A stretch of DNA of 64,000 nt, from the NCBI RefSeq assembly GCF_009914755.1, contig NC_060926.1. One strand, 5' to 3'. A program made the position numbers and the translations under genes. Source of the DNA: the human T2T-CHM13v2.0 reference genome, Homo sapiens. How positions within the stretch are numbered: position 1 is the stretch's first letter; each line of letters begins with the position of its first letter. Below the pieces are notes generated by a model. It did not search any database. It saw only the letters and a list, made by a program, of their open reading frames with translations, and had not been told where the DNA came from. This document shows positions 10,976-26,479 of the stretch, piece by piece.

Positions 10976-13149
10976 AGCCTTCCTGATCCTCTCAGAGAGA
11001 CCCAAACACTGACCCCACATGGGACCCAGGGGTCGCCCACACAGGGGAAATGCTTTATTTAGGAGTCTTGAGAACAACTGGAAAATAAAATGCATGAACT
11101 TTGTGTGCATTTGAATTTCAAATACATACTCAGATTTTGTAATGTGCTACAGGCTCATGTATGAAATTCTTGCTCTTTTCAAGGCAGTTCAGAGTAGAGA
11201 GAAGCATAAGATACTTTCTTATTCTTTTAGGTGTTCAGATTTACTTTGCTCTGGTAATAACTATTTCGGTGCCTGTTTTCTTCTGCATGTATTCCTCTGA
11301 CATAACAATTCACAAGATCTAAAATCATCATCTCTTCAAAGCTGTCTGTTAGCGGGGTTCGTGCCCTGTTTATAAGTTTACATGACTTACCTCTTTTCTA
11401 TCCATCTTTCAGACTTCAAGAGTATTCTAGATTCAAATAGTAAAGCACCAAGGAATTAAATGAAGGTAGAGCAATCCAACTCTTAATCGTTGTTGGAGAA
11501 TGTTTATCTGCAAGAATCAAGAATTGTCGCTGCCTCCTGGTTTTCTTTTGAATAATGCAGAGGGCCGGGCAGCCTCCCACAGCTTCAAGCATTTTTAAAT
11601 TATGAGAAGCACTGGGTGTGAGCAGAATCCATGTGATCCTTAGCAGCTGCTCAAGAAGCCACCAAAGGCTACTGTGATTGCATTTGCCCAACTCAAGGTT
11701 TCTGGGGGGTGACACAGTCAAAGTCATGGATGAACAATGGTGCCCTTGGAGCCTTTTTTGGCTTAGTACCTGATGCTATGTAGGCTATATTCTGATATAG
11801 ACTTAGAGTAAATAAGGAAATAATATTTTGTCCGAGGCATGAGACCCAGTTTTCACCTACAGCTAGATTTATCTTAGGGAAAAAATATTTATTCCTTTGC
11901 CACATCTCAAATCTTTTATCGGGAAATTCAGGGCATTTTTTTCCATCAGGCAATACCAAGTGCGGTGAGTTCCCTATGAAAGTTGTAGCATATTGGCCAT
12001 TTGGCCAAATAGTCTCATTCCTTGCAGTTTTGTGTTTTATGGTTTTTTTCCCCCAGGAGAGTTCAAAGCCTGCTGGTTTTCCAGAATTTAGGAATGTCTG
12101 TATTGTGCAATTCATTGCAGTGCATTTCCTTTAGAGAAGAGTGGAGAACAGGAAGGAGGCACAGCCCCAGAGACTGCTTTGAGCCCAGCCCCTGTCATCC
12201 ACAAGGGGCTTGCTTGCCTGAGGCCCCAGGGGCGTGGCAGCCCCACTAGAAGAATGCATTGACCAGGAGCTCTGCAGAGGATGTGGGTTGTTATGTTTGT
12301 TCTCTATGTGGAAAGCCAGCCTTTACCTTCTTTATGAAGACTTTTACTTTTATTAAGTTAACTCATTAATTCCTAGGAGAACTGAAAATAAAAATTAATT
12401 TCAAAAAATAACACCAGGGATGAAAGAAAGAAACGTGAAATAGTTAGAAAACATGGGCTCCAAGCAGGGCCACACCTTCCTGCCATATTAGAAGTGGTTT
12501 CTTCCACAGTGGCACTGTTATAGGAGCCTTCTGGATCATTCTGAGGCTTTAGACACAGCCAGGGTCCCGAAAGAGCAATTTGGACTGCCACCATGGAGAG
12601 TGAGTGAAACTGTGTCCCCCCCAGTGTCGCATTCGAAGATAATCCCACAAATGCTAAATCTTAATTCCTGATTGACTTCAGCCCTTCTCATTTGGAAATG
12701 GGCTGGAAAGTGGGGAAAAGGTGCTAGTGTGAGAAGAGGGAGGCCATTCCCAATATACTAATAAATAAATCATTCATTGAGGCATATGAGCACCAGCCCC
12801 CACATAATTGCTAATATGGAACTTTCTGGAGTAGATTATCTTTAAGCTGGCTCTGAATATTCCACCAGAAAGGAAACAATGATGACATTTTATACACCGC
12901 TACATTGAAAACACGGAACATCTGCATGCTCTTTCCCCAAAGAAAATAGCACTGGAAAAATGTAGGTTGCACGAAATTAGGAAAACAAAACAAATTTCAT
13001 TTCTAAAGACAGTGTACATTCCAGCATGTCAGAGAATTATTATAAATAATGATGATTCACAGTAAAACTATCTAATATGTGCCAATAACTCTCCAAAACA
13101 CACACAGGTATTAAGTCTTCTGATCCTTCCGGTAGGTCTATACCAAAAA

Positions 13150-13272
13150 TAGTGATATCCTGCCCACTTTTTAGCAAAGAAACAGAGGTGTTCAGGAGCC
13201 TGCCCAAGGCTGCAAAGCCTGGATGTGAGCCCAGGCCTCCTGGCTTCAGAGTCCACATTCCTAACCACCAAG
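13150..13272 (-). mobile_element. MIR SINE fragment
   Basis: gaaacagagg...tgcccaagg...cccaggcctcctggcttcagagtccacattcctaaccac. Confidence 0.6.
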
Positions 13273-14182
13273 CCAGGCAAATTCCCACAAGTGACTTTTT
13301 AAACATCTTCGCACACACATTCCCTGAGCTCATGATGTATTCTCCCAAATTCTGCACACATACATGAGGCAAAGGCACTTTCTCTTCATTTGAGAAGTGA
13401 ATCAAAATCCTAATTTTCAAGTGATCTGTCTCTTAAAATAATATCAATTCTATTTAATGAAAAGAGCCAATTAAAATTACACATTGGACACTTCCCAGAA
13501 AGTACCATGAAGCTGTCCACACTACCAATATCTCCAGCTGCGCTGCTCCTCCTACCTGGAGGACACAAGACTGTTAGAGGCCCTCACATCCCTTCCTTCA
13601 CTTACACCTTCATAGCAGGTCTCTTCATCATCCTCCATCCAGGAGAAGTTTCATGCCCTCATTTCAAATCTAGACCCTCCCCCGTACACCTCATTTGTTC
13701 TCTAGGATTTTGCTCCTAACCAAATTTAGGCTCTTTCCTCCAACGTCTTTAATCGCTTCCTGTCTGTAGACCTAAACACAGGCTTAAGTCTCTTTCATCC
13801 CAGTAACACTATCCCTGCCTTTGACCCTGTGGAGTAGACCCAATGGGTTCCCCCACATTCATTCCATTCCTCCTCCATTGGCAGCAACCTTGACATTTGG
13901 TTAAGATGGACTCCACCCTCATAGCCAGGGGAGTCTTCTCATTGGCTATGCAAAATAAGGGCCACCCCTTGCCACTGTGAATGGCTCCTAGATGGGCTCC
14001 CAGGCCTATGTCAGTGAGGGCATGTTTTTTCTAGCCACCGTGGTAAGCTCAGGGGTGCCCAACTGGAGCAAAAACCCCAAGGCTACAGCGATTGCCTCAG
14101 GCAAGAAATAACAGGGAAGAATGCACAGAACTAAAGAGTCTCCTTCTTGCTTTAAAGTTTCAAAAGTTCAGGACAAGGTATT

Positions 14183-14582
14183 TGCTGTAGTTTAAATGTG
14201 TTCCTCAGAAGTTGATGTGTTGGAAACTTGGATACCAATGGAGCAATATGAGAGGTGGGGCCTTTCGGAGATGATTGGGTCATGAGGGCTCTGCTCTCAT
14301 GAATGGACCCATTCATAAATTAATGGATTAATGGGTTATCACAAAAGTGGGTCTCATATGAAAGCCACTTTGGCCGTCTCTGGTGGGTCCTCTCACCGTG
14401 TGTTGCCCTGAGCCATCTCAGGACTCTGCAGAGAGTCCCTACCAGTAAGAAGCCCCTCACCAGTTGCAGCCCCTCAACCTTGGACTTCCCAGACTCCAGA
14501 ATTGCTAAAAATAAATTTATCTTCTTTATAAACTAGTCAGCCTCAGGTGTTCAGTTATAGCAACAAAAAATAGACTAAGACA
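14183..14582 (+). mobile_element. MaLR solo LTR (MSTC/MSTD-like)
   Basis: TG...CA termini (tgctgtagtttaaatg...gactaagaca), aataaa signal, 5-bp TSD gtatt at 14178-14182 and 14583-14587. Confidence 0.85.
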
Positions 14583-14950
14583 GTATTATAAAGAGAAAAA
14601 TAAAAAACCTTGGAGGAATGGGTGAAGTCAGGCAACAATGTATAGTTGTACAGGTTATATACTGCACAACCCAATGGAGTAAATCCATACAAGTTGTGAT
14701 GTGCCCAACCATATGTGGCAAAGCTAGGTGTAGAAACAGGCGATACCATCCCAAGCTCATATAAGGATTCCACAGGCTGGGTGATGAAGAGAGTTAGAAG
14801 GAAAGAGATAGAAGGAAGGGTGCGAACCCTGTTCCCCAAGAGGGGTGCTGGGAAGGAGAAGCATCATCACTCACTCCAGAGCAGTTTAGGGACTCTGAGA
14901 ACAAAGAGACATCTGAAATTGGGATGATAGGATGTAAGAGTTTGATTGGC

Positions 14951-15279
<329 letters not shown>

Positions 15280-15349
15280 TTAGTGGAACTTTAACTTAAT
15301 GGTGCATCTTATAATTGAGGACATCTTAAATTGGATCTAATGTAGTCTG

Positions 15350-15960
15350 TAAAGTTAGGAAATTGCATGAGTTCACCACAGAAATGAACGTAGAAAAAGA
15401 AAGCAAGAACTGAGCCCTGCCCTGCAGCTTTAAGAGGTCAGGGAGTGAGGAGGAGCCAGCAAAGACGGGAGTGGGGGAAGTAAGGGCTGGTGAGGTGGAA
15501 GGGAAGCCTGGAGAGTGTAGGACCTTCAAGGGCAAGTGAAGAAGGTGCTTCAAGGAGGAGAGACTGATCACCTGCATAATCACTGCTGAAAGGTCATGTA
15601 AGGTGGAGACAGAAAAGTATACGTGGATTTGGCAAAAAAAAGGATTTGCTGGGGAAGAGGGGGTGAAACTCTGAATTGAGTGAGGAGAGAAAGGGGAAAG
15701 AAATTGAAGACAGAACAGACACTGCTTTCTAGAAATAAAGCTATAGCTGGAGGGGGAAATGAGGTCAAGAGAGATTTCCTTATTTGTTAAGATGGGAAAA
15801 ATAATAGCCCATCCGTGTACTTGTTGATAGAAATAATTTGGTAGAAAGAGAAAAATTGATGATGCAAGAGAGAATGAGAAGGAATTTGGTGGGGTAGAAA
15901 GAAGGCTAGAACCTACTGCTCAAAGAGAGGGTTTGGCTATGGTGAGGGAGAATCTATCTA
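15350..15960 (-). mobile_element. L2 LINE fragment
   Basis: Purine-rich gaactgagccctg...gaggagccagcaaag...ctgctgaaaggtc motifs of antisense L2. Confidence 0.65.
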
Positions 15961-16159
15961 CATGACAGGACATTGACCAGGCACGGAGGTATGCTCTTGT
16001 AGTTTTCATACTTTGTAATAAAAGAAACATCAATTTTAAAAACTCAACAACAAATAGAACATGAAAATAGTCTGTCTACTTAAAACCTTAAAACATTACA
16101 GATGAAACTAAAGTCTCCTTTGGTGATGTTGTGGGATTTTATTTATTTTGATGTCTGAG

Positions 16160-17700
16160 AACTATTCCATTGTATGGATATACCATAGGTTGTTCATCCA
16201 TTCACCTGTTGAGGGAAATTTGTTTTGTTTTCCACATTGGCTGTGACAAACACAACTGCTGTAAACATTTGTGTACATGTTTTTGTATGGATGTAAGTTT
16301 TTCTTTTGTCTAAAGTAAATAGTTAATTTACTGCTGGGTGATATGGTAACTGTATGCTTACCCTTATAAGAAACTGTCAAACTTTCTCCAAAGTGACCAT
16401 ACAATCCATTTTGCATTTCCGCCAGCAATGTATGCATGAGAGACCAGTTGATCCTCATCCTTTCCCCTGCTGGTATTGTCAGTATTTTTAGTTTAGCTGC
16501 TCTAACATGTGAGTCATGGTGTCTCCTCATAGCTTTAATTTGCATGTCCCTAATGACTAATGATGCTGAGCATCTTTCCGTGTGCTCATTCTTTTCTCCA
16601 CTTCTTAATCGGATTCTTTGTTTTCTTACTGTTGAGTTTAGAGCCACCTTTATACATTCTAGGTACAACCTTTTAGATCAAATATGTAATTTGCAAATAT
16701 TTTCTCCCAGTCTATATCTGGTCTTTTCATCCTCTTTAACAATATATTTTGCAGAATAAAAGTATTTTGATGAAATCCAGTTGATGTTATCTTTTTTTTA
16801 TGGATAGTGCTTTAGGTCTTCTAAGGAATATTTGCCTAACTCTAGTAATGAAGATTTTTCTCCTGTTTTATTCTAAAAGTTTTAGAGTTTTACATTTTAT
16901 ATTTAGGCATATTATCAATTCTAAGTTAATTTTTCACAATATGTGAGGTTTAGATTGAGGAGTTTTCTGACTGAGGATATCCAATAAAACACCATTTGTT
17001 AAAAAGTCTATCTTTCCTCCATTGAATTGTTTTTGGGACTTTGTAAAAAAAATCACTTGGCTGGCTGGGCATGGTGGCTTACGCCTGTAGTCCTAGCACT
17101 TTGGGAGGCCAAGACAAGCAGATCACCTGAGGTCAGGAGTTTGAGACCAGCCTGGGCAACATGGTGAAACCCCATCTCTACTAAAACAGAAAAAATTACA
17201 CAGGCATGGTGGTGCACGCCTGTAGTCCCAGCTACTCGGGAGGCCAAGGCAGGAGAATTGCTTGAACTTGGAAGAGGGAGGTTTCAGTGAGCCGAGATTG
17301 TACCATTGTGCTCCAACCTGGGCGACAGAGTAAGACTCCGTCTAAAAAAAAGAGAAATCACTTGGCCATATTATGTGCATTTATATTTGGACTTTCAATT
17401 CTGTTCCATTAATCTACCAGTCTATTCCTTTCCCAACACCACAATCTTGATTAATACAGCTATATGTTAAATCTTAAAATCAGGTAGTATGTTTCCTCCA
17501 ACTTTATTCTTCTTTTTTCAAAATTATTTTGGCTATTCTTGGTTTTTTTCTATATAAATTCTAGTATCAGTTCATTTGTATCTACAAAATGTCCCCCCCT
17601 TGGATTTTGAAAGGAACTGCAGTAAACCTATCAATGAATTTGGGTAGAATCTACTTCTTTACTACATTAAGTCTTCCAATCTATAAACATGGTATAGCTA
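16160..17700 (-). mobile_element. L1M (old mammalian L1) ORF2 3' region, split by an Alu
   Basis: ORF 16162-16668 contains CSASLVIRDMQIKAMRRHH, like L1 ORF2p CSSSLAIREMQIKTTMRYH; T-rich antisense L1 continues after the Alu. Confidence 0.85.
17063..17354 (+). mobile_element. AluS (Sx/Sz-like) inserted in L1
   Basis: Full dimer; TSD aaatcacttggc on both sides. Confidence 0.95.
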
Positions 17701-18296
17701 TTTATATAGTCATAGTTTGGTGTCTCAAGCTATATGAGCTAAAAAGTATTTTCATTAAATACTTGGGTGTTGGTTTAGTGATTCTCAATAAGTCATTTTA
17801 TTGTCTTTATAAGGCCCTAAATTAAACAACCCCTACAAGTATTCTTATGTATATGGCTACCAAGATTTGATGCACCCACCCTATTATTTGGGTGCTGAGA
17901 GTGGGCTGAAGTATTAATAGATTAAACAGCCCCTTACCCCTACCTTTTCCTTTTTAAGAAACTCAAGAGGCATCATTCTGCTCAAGCAAGGCCCTTGCTT
18001 TCTGTGAGGCCTCCAGTTTTCCACTGATCTTCCTGGCTCTGATGGTTCTTTTTTCTCCTCCCCTCTGCCTCTGCCCTGGGGCTATTTGCCAAGATTCCTA
18101 GCTCAAATCACCTCCCTTCTCACTTATTTAGAGACTTCATCTCCCAGCTCACAAGACTCATTCTCCTGGGCTGATGCTGGGGGTCCTCCCTCCACACCCC
18201 CATAAGCATTCCAAGAATGTCCATGCTTCTGGTTATGAAAGCTGGAATCCCCAAGCTCTCTTGGCTCTCACCGCTTCCATCTACCATCCATCCATC

Positions 18297-18508
18297 CAGA
18301 GGTGTGCTGGCAAATGTTTAGCAATCACATCTTCAAATATAAATGAATAAAGCAAACCCTAATTTGTAGTGTTTGCTGATTTCTCTAGTGTAAATTCTCC
18401 CCAATTGCCAATTGCAAACTACCAGCATGCTCTCACTGAAAGTGAGTTGGGCAGAGATGAACAAATTAGTTCCAAAACCCAGAACAAGTCACTGCCAACA
18501 CACCACTG
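18297..18508. mobile_element. MER63-like hAT-Blackjack MITE
   Basis: TIRs cagaggtgtgctgg / ccaacacaccactg; 8-bp hAT TSD catccatc at 18289-18296 and 18509-18516. Confidence 0.8.
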
Positions 18509-18934
18509 CATCCATCCATCATCAAACCTGTGTGAGCACAGATTGCATTTTGGGCTTAATTCTCATGTGCACAATAATAATATTCTTGTTAATGGGAGTC
18601 ACATTGATTTCACTCATGCTGATGATGAAAGGATTTGAGGGGTAACCAAGTTCTGGGGGCAGCAAAAACCTGGAAATGGTGCTGCTGACTTGTGGAAAAT
18701 GGTGCAGCATCCGTGGGTTCAATCCATTGAAAAGCAGAGTCCTGACTTCTTTGGTCATGTCTGTCTTCAGTTACATCGGAGGTGATGGGAGTGAGGAGAC
18801 AAGGCACCATGGATAGTTCCGGTCCTTATGAACAAAGTAGCCCAGTGCATCTCACCTGCATGGCTACATCAGATTGTCAGAAAATCTGCCCAGCAGAATT
18901 TCCAATGCAGCACTGGATTCTCGTCACACTGCAG

Positions 18935-19045
18935 GGTATTATTCAAGGTCATAGACTCTGGGGGCCAGAATGCCTTGATTTGAATCTGGTTTCCACTGCT
19001 GGTTGTATGACCTCGGATAAATCACCTAACTTCTCTGAACCTCAG
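18935..19045 (+). mobile_element. MIR 5' part (3' part resumes ~19910-20030 after the LTR)
   Basis: agactctggggccagaatgcc...tgacctcggataaatcacctaacttctctgaacctcag; continues caaaatggggataag...ctcatagggtt after the LTR. Confidence 0.7.
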
Positions 19046-19479
19046 GGCAGTGGGCAGAATTCTAAAGATACTTCCCCAAGATTCCTGTCTCTGCTTTTTC
19101 AGTCAAACACTAATAATAGGTAATACTGCGAGAGGATTTTGTAAGTATAATAAAGTCCAAGTTAACTGACCACAAAATAAGGAGAATAGATGAGTAGGCC
19201 TGACCCAGTCAGGTGAGCCCTTTAAAAGCAAGGCATTGGCCAGGCGTGGTGGCTCACACCAGAAATCCCAACACTTTGGAAGCCTGAGGCGGAAGAATCA
19301 CTTGAATCTAGGAGCTCAAGACCAGCTAGCAACATGGTGAGACCTTACCTATAAAAAAAATTAAAAATTTAGCCAGACATGGTGGTGCATGCCTGTAGTC
19401 CCAGCTACTCAGAGAGGCTGCAGTGAGCTGTGATCATGCCATTGCACTCCAGCATGGGTGACAGAATGAGACCTTGTCT

Positions 19480-19515
<36 letters not shown>

Positions 19516-19907
19516 CAGCGCGTTTTCTCTGGCTGAAAGCAGAAGAGGAAGTCAGAGACGCAAAGCAGGAGAAGGTCACGTGTCAGGAATTCGGGAGGTC
19601 TTTAAGCACTAAGAGCAACCCCCAGCTGACAGCCAGCAGTAAAACAGATACCTCTAGGTTATAGCCAGAAGGAATTGGATTCCACCAACAACTCCGATGA
19701 GCTTGCAAGTCAATTTTCCCCTAAAGCCTCCAGACATGAACCCAACCCCTTTGACATCTTGATTTTGGTTTGTGTGACCCTGAGCAGAGAACCCAGTGGA
19801 GTCTGCCCAGACTTCTGACCCACAGAACTGTGAACTCATAGATGGGGTTTGTTTTAATGTCACTCCATTTGCAGGAATTTGTTACACAGCATTAGAGAAC
19901 TGACACA
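19046..19907 (+). mobile_element. MLT1E-like LTR, split by an Alu
   Basis: gggcagaattctaaagat...ccccagctgacagccagca...gaccctgagcagagaacccag...ttgttacacagcattagagaactgacaca. Confidence 0.75.
19238..19512 (+). mobile_element. AluJ with right-arm internal deletion and A32 tail
   Basis: ccagctactcagagaggctgcagtgagc skips the ggctgaggcaggaggatcacttgagccc segment; 32 A at 19481-19512. Confidence 0.9.
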
Positions 19908-20299
19908 TTCAGCCAATTTACAAAATGGGGATAAGAGTTTCATACTCATAGGGTTACATAAGAATTAAAAATTAATATCCACAAATGTCTAGGATGATAA
20001 TAAGAACAATCTCTAAGTACTGGCTATTTTTCGTATGTGCCATGGAGCTGGTAAAACCCAAATACGTGTGGTTGATGATTTGAAAGTTTTTCCACCAATA
20101 CAGTATTTGAGTCACAGGCTGCAGTCAAAAGTCTAGAATTTTAAATAAATGAATCATACACTAAATATGCATCATCTTTTGAAACTCAGTGCCTATGAGT
20201 AAATCTCGATGATCATAACACATTACTCAACAAAGCAGACCATAATAAAGAAGATATCAGAACACATGGAGCAAAAGACAGTAAGTTTGGGACTCAACC

Positions 20300-21860
<1,561 letters not shown>

Positions 21861-22984
21861 GAAGCAGGAAAATGGGATCTGGAGCATCCTTTGAGGCCCC
21901 ACCAAGTACAGTGATGGCAATTGAATGATAGAGGCCTGGGATCCACCAGCCGGCTTCTGAGTATTGCAGTTATCCTACAAATGGAGAAGGCAGGTCAGCA
22001 TGGAATTAGATGGGTGCTGCTAAAGAGTGCATGGTCCGTGAGTGTGCAATGACATCATGCAGTCCGGGCAAACACGTTTTTCTTGGTATCAACTATTTCT
22101 AGTTTGGTGAAGACAGACTACGTATTTGAAATACTAGCAAGAAAACCATAAAGTAAAACTATTATTAAGAGCCAAGGCAGTTTAAATTCTTCAGTTTTGG
22201 CTAACGGGAAGAACTTATAAGTGGTTTCTTTTTGTTGTAAGCAAGGGTGGATGATAGCCTTCATCATTTTGCTTGATTTGATGTAACTGGGAAGTTTCTT
22301 AGGCTTGATAACTGGCAAAACAAAATCCTTGACACCTAAATAACCCTTTGGTCTAATGCATACTGCCAAGAGATCAGACGGAGCCTGATCTACCATCTTG
22401 TTTCTTAGCTGAGTGATTCTTTCATAGCTTAATTTTCACTTAATTATTCCATGCCCCTAATGACTCCCTCAAAAACACTACAAGGACAAATACACCCTAA
22501 GCAATCTGAGTTTGCCCTCTGAAAAGTTCATAATTAAAAACTTTACCTGTATTGAAAAAAAATCAGCACACTTCCTGACCACTACTCCTGAGTTGTTGAA
22601 TTTAATCAGACATGGACTTGATAGAGTGCATTCATCTCTAGTGGCTGTTAATGGGAACCAGTGAGTCAAATCTCATGTCTAACAGGGGCCAGCCTGACTG
22701 AGGGCCTGAGAGGAGGTTCTCAGGTCAGCACTGGGTCCAACACAGTCCCTCCCATCCCAGGCATCGCCCACCTCTTCACAGCCTATCATCATCACAGTGT
22801 CTGCCTGTCCTTCCTGCCTCTGACCTGCACACTCCACTCCTTCTGTGAACTGCTTCTTTCACTTTTGTGATGACACAAAGTCATAGATCTGATCGGGCCA
22901 CTCTGGGTTTCACATCTGCACAGCTTCTCGGGGCCCTTGTGTGGCTTCAAGGTTTGTCCCTGAGACAAACAGACCCAGAGTGGA

Positions 22985-23175
22985 ACGTAGCTCCCAACTC
23001 AGTGGCCTTGAGAAAGAGCCCTTCCTGAGCCTTTGTTTCCTCATTTGTAAATTGAGAATAGCCCTGGTCATGAGAGAGTCCTCGTGCCCCCACCCTGGTG
23101 AGGATGAAGTGAGATGATGCAGATGGTGAGGTTCACAGAGGGCCAGGCCCTTAGCGCCCAGCAAATGGCAGCTCT
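22985..23175 (+). mobile_element. MIR SINE
   Basis: ctgagcctttgtttcctcatttgtaaattgagaata...gtgaggatgaagtgagatg. Confidence 0.65.
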
Positions 23176-23329
23176 TTGTAGTGGATATGCTATTGTTCTG
23201 TCTAACAAACTGCACCCTTTCCTGGGGGACCCTCTCCTTCCCTTCATGTGGTCCTAAAGTTCTGTCATCTTACTCTGCTTCTCACCCTAAACCACCTATC
23301 ATTAGGTCTGGCTGCACATTTCTGGAAAA

Positions 23330-23796
23330 ATACAGCAATGCATTAAGTCAGGACTTCTTTTTCTCTTTCATGTAAAAGTAGCCTGGCATAGGAAGCACAG
23401 GCCGAGGGTGCAGCCCCAAAGCATTGCTAGGAAATTGGGCCCCTGTGTTCCTGATCCACCATCCCAGAGCCTGGCTTTCATCTTCAAAGTGGCTTCACAG
23501 CCCAGGATGGCTGCTGGCACTCCAGCCAGCAAGTCCGTATTCCCCATATTGACAGTAGGAGGAAGTGAGGGACGACAGAAAAATGTGTAACGCCATCTCT
23601 TCCCACCGTGACGGAGCCTACTGAAAACTCCACATAATGGTTCCACGTATGGAACTAGATCACCTGGGCTCACCTAGCTGCAGACTAGTCTAGAAAATGT
23701 GATCTTTTCACTGACACAATGCCATCTGAAATAGAAGTTTTTTAAATTAAGCAAGAAGGGGAGAGGGGTATCTGTTGTCAAGTAGTAGTGTCTGCC
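23330..23796 (-). mobile_element. Old MaLR LTR (MLT1J/K/L-like)
   Basis: ggatggctgctggcactccagcc...cacctagctgcag...tagtgtctgcca terminus. Confidence 0.55.
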
Positions 23797-24279
23797 AAGG
23801 CAGGGGGCCCCAGGCTGGACATGAGTGCCCTTCCATGGGATCTGGTCTGCAACACTGGCAGAGGGATGGTCTGCATTCTCTATAGGTCATGGGCTGGAGG
23901 GACACAGTTGTACACAGAGGAACATGAGCCAGGGGAGGGAGAGAGGAGCAAGGCTGCCCTTGGGCTTTGGCTGGGGAAAAACTGATCCCCTCTAGACCCA
24001 AGTGAGTTTGAGTAGAGTCTCCAATGCTGTCATGTTGATTAAAGCACCACAGTTATGACTGTTTATTCTAGTGAGAAGGTCATTCTATATAAGCTGATTA
24101 TTGACATTAATAATACCCAAGTGACATCAGGGACTCCTCCAGCTGCATCCTCTCCCCAACCCCAAAGCTCCCTGCAGCCCCTTCCTCCATGCTGCCTCCT
24201 CGCAGGGTCTCAAACCAAAAGCCCCTTTTCTTCTCTCCCTGCCTACACCTGTGCTCCCCCCACCCCCAGCCTGCTCATT

Positions 24280-24540
24280 TCTCCTCCAGCCCCTCTCTCC
24301 AAGCAAATTCCTTCTTCGTCTTGAAGACCAGATTCAAATGTCACCTCCTAAGCGGAACTTTCCCCAACTCCTTTGCATTCACTTGAGTCCCTAATGTTTG
24401 AATGATCTTTCATATTTTGCTGCAAGGCTTTACTCCTCCACTAAATTGAAAACACCAAGAGGGAAATTTTCCACCCTTCCCACACACACACTCCCACAGG
24501 TGACCATAAACACTTGTCACTGAATGACTGAATGAATGGC
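24280..24540 (+). mobile_element. L2 3' end
   Basis: ttcaaatgtcacctcc...ataaacacttgtcactgaatgactgaatgaatg. Confidence 0.6.
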
Positions 24541-24743
24541 AAGTGGATGAGGTTTGGCCAATGCAAGCTCTACCCAAGCAGAAGCCTTCTGAGTGAGGGT
24601 TGCTGGGTGTGAACCTCACTCTGCCTCCACTGCCTCCTCTGTAAAAGAAAGATAACAATTCTGACATCTCTCTCAAAAGATTCACAATGCCTGACACAGC
24701 GTAGAACCTCAACTAATGTCAGCCATTCATATCGGTACTGTTT

Positions 24744-24925
24744 TACTGCACGTCGTCAACTCTGCGGCGCATATTTCTTTTTCACATTGTAATGGCACTT
24801 GCTTTATACGGCACGACATGGTTTAACTGGCAGAGGTTTGGGGTTTTTGGGTTTTTTGGGTTTTTTTGGTTTATTTTTTTCCCCTTGGTGATGCAACCAA
24901 TGCTGTTTAGAAGTCAACGGAATTG
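24744..24925. mobile_element. MER104-like Tc2 DNA transposon remnant
   Basis: tactgc...gcatatttctttttcacattgtaa...ggcacgacatggtttaactggcag resembles MER104 as recalled; contains a G/T low-complexity tract at 24835-24880. Confidence 0.45.
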
Positions 24926-25311
24926 TTGTTCTTAGGAAAGGAATAGAGTTCAGAAATTCAGGGCTTTGCAAAGTCAGAAAAGTCGACTGCTTATAAAGCC
25001 CAAATATTAGAGATGAGACTGTGCTGGCCTTTGAGTGGTCAAGGTCTGAAACGGCTCAGAATGAGATGAAGGGAAAGGACTGGCGTTTGCCATATGGTGT
25101 TCCGGAAGAGTCAAGGTAGCCACCATTCCATCAAATGAGAGTGAGGGAAGGGGCACAAAAGAAAAGCAATAAAGCAGGTCTGAGGCATAGGTCTTGGCAA
25201 GAATTCAGTGTGACTGCTGCCAGGGAGCTGATGAGAAGCAACTAGGTCAGAAGCTGACTGTGTTTTTGTGGATCCTGAATTGTCAAAGAAACCATGAGTT
25301 AAAAATATATT

Positions 25312-25670
25312 TTATGGATAAATTGGAATATTATTCAGCCATAAAAAGAATGAAATATTAATACATGCTTCAACATGGACAAGCCTTGAATACATTATGC
25401 AAAGTGGACACACACTACATGATTCCATTGATATGAAATATTCAGAATAGGCAAGTCCATTCAGATAGAAAGTAGTTTAGCGGTTGTCAGGGGCTGTGGG
25501 GGAGGTGGGAATGAGAATAATTGCTTAATGAGTACAAGGTTTCCTTTTGGGGTGAGGAAAATGTTCTGGAACCAGATAGAAGTGGTGGTTGTACGATGTT
25601 GTGGTTGTCCTAAATGCCGCTGAATTTGTTCATTTTTAAATGGTAATTTTATGTTACCTGAATTTCACCG
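25312..25670 (+). mobile_element. L1MB-like 3' end
   Basis: ggaatattattcagccataaaaagaatgaaat...ggtttccttttggggtgaggaaaatgttctgga...aaatggtaattttatgtta. Confidence 0.8.
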
Positions 25671-25677
25671 CCCTCCC

Positions 25678-25998
<321 letters not shown>

Positions 25999-26479
25999 TA
26001 AAGGCATTCGACTATTCAACGGTGGAACCTCCAACCTTCAGCAGCAGCAAGTGGGAAGGAGGAGCTGTGCAGACCCCACTAAGGGCATGTCCCTAATCCC
26101 ATATCATACACAGCTATCCAGAGTGAGAGACCAGAGGGTCTCTCTGAGCACAAGCTAGGGGCCCCAGAGGACAGTGAGTAGAGAGGTTCCCCAGGGATAA
26201 ACCAGAACACCAGGGGGAAAGGCCTCCCACTGCATGCTCAGAAGGTTTATTGCTAGGCGGGGGCCCCGTGTGCCTCCCGTCTGCTCCTCTTAGAATGGTG
26301 GTGCTGTTGCTATTATCCTGCCCCTGTTCTACTGTAGGGTACCGAGCTGTGTGTGGCAGCTAATTTATTGCTTTATTATCTGTTTATAGGCTTCTGGGTC
26401 GAGAAAGGCCAAGTTGCACACTACTGAGAGACTGCCATGCACCCCCTGGAGGCCTCAGAACATTCGACATGCTCCAGTC

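Noticed and set aside
16162-16668. Longest ORF in the window (168 aa)
   Set aside because: Degenerate, frameshifted L1 ORF2 remnant.
24835-24880. GGG(T)n repeats resembling ciliate telomeric repeats
   Set aside because: Irregular T-run lengths; simple low-complexity expansion inside a transposon remnant.
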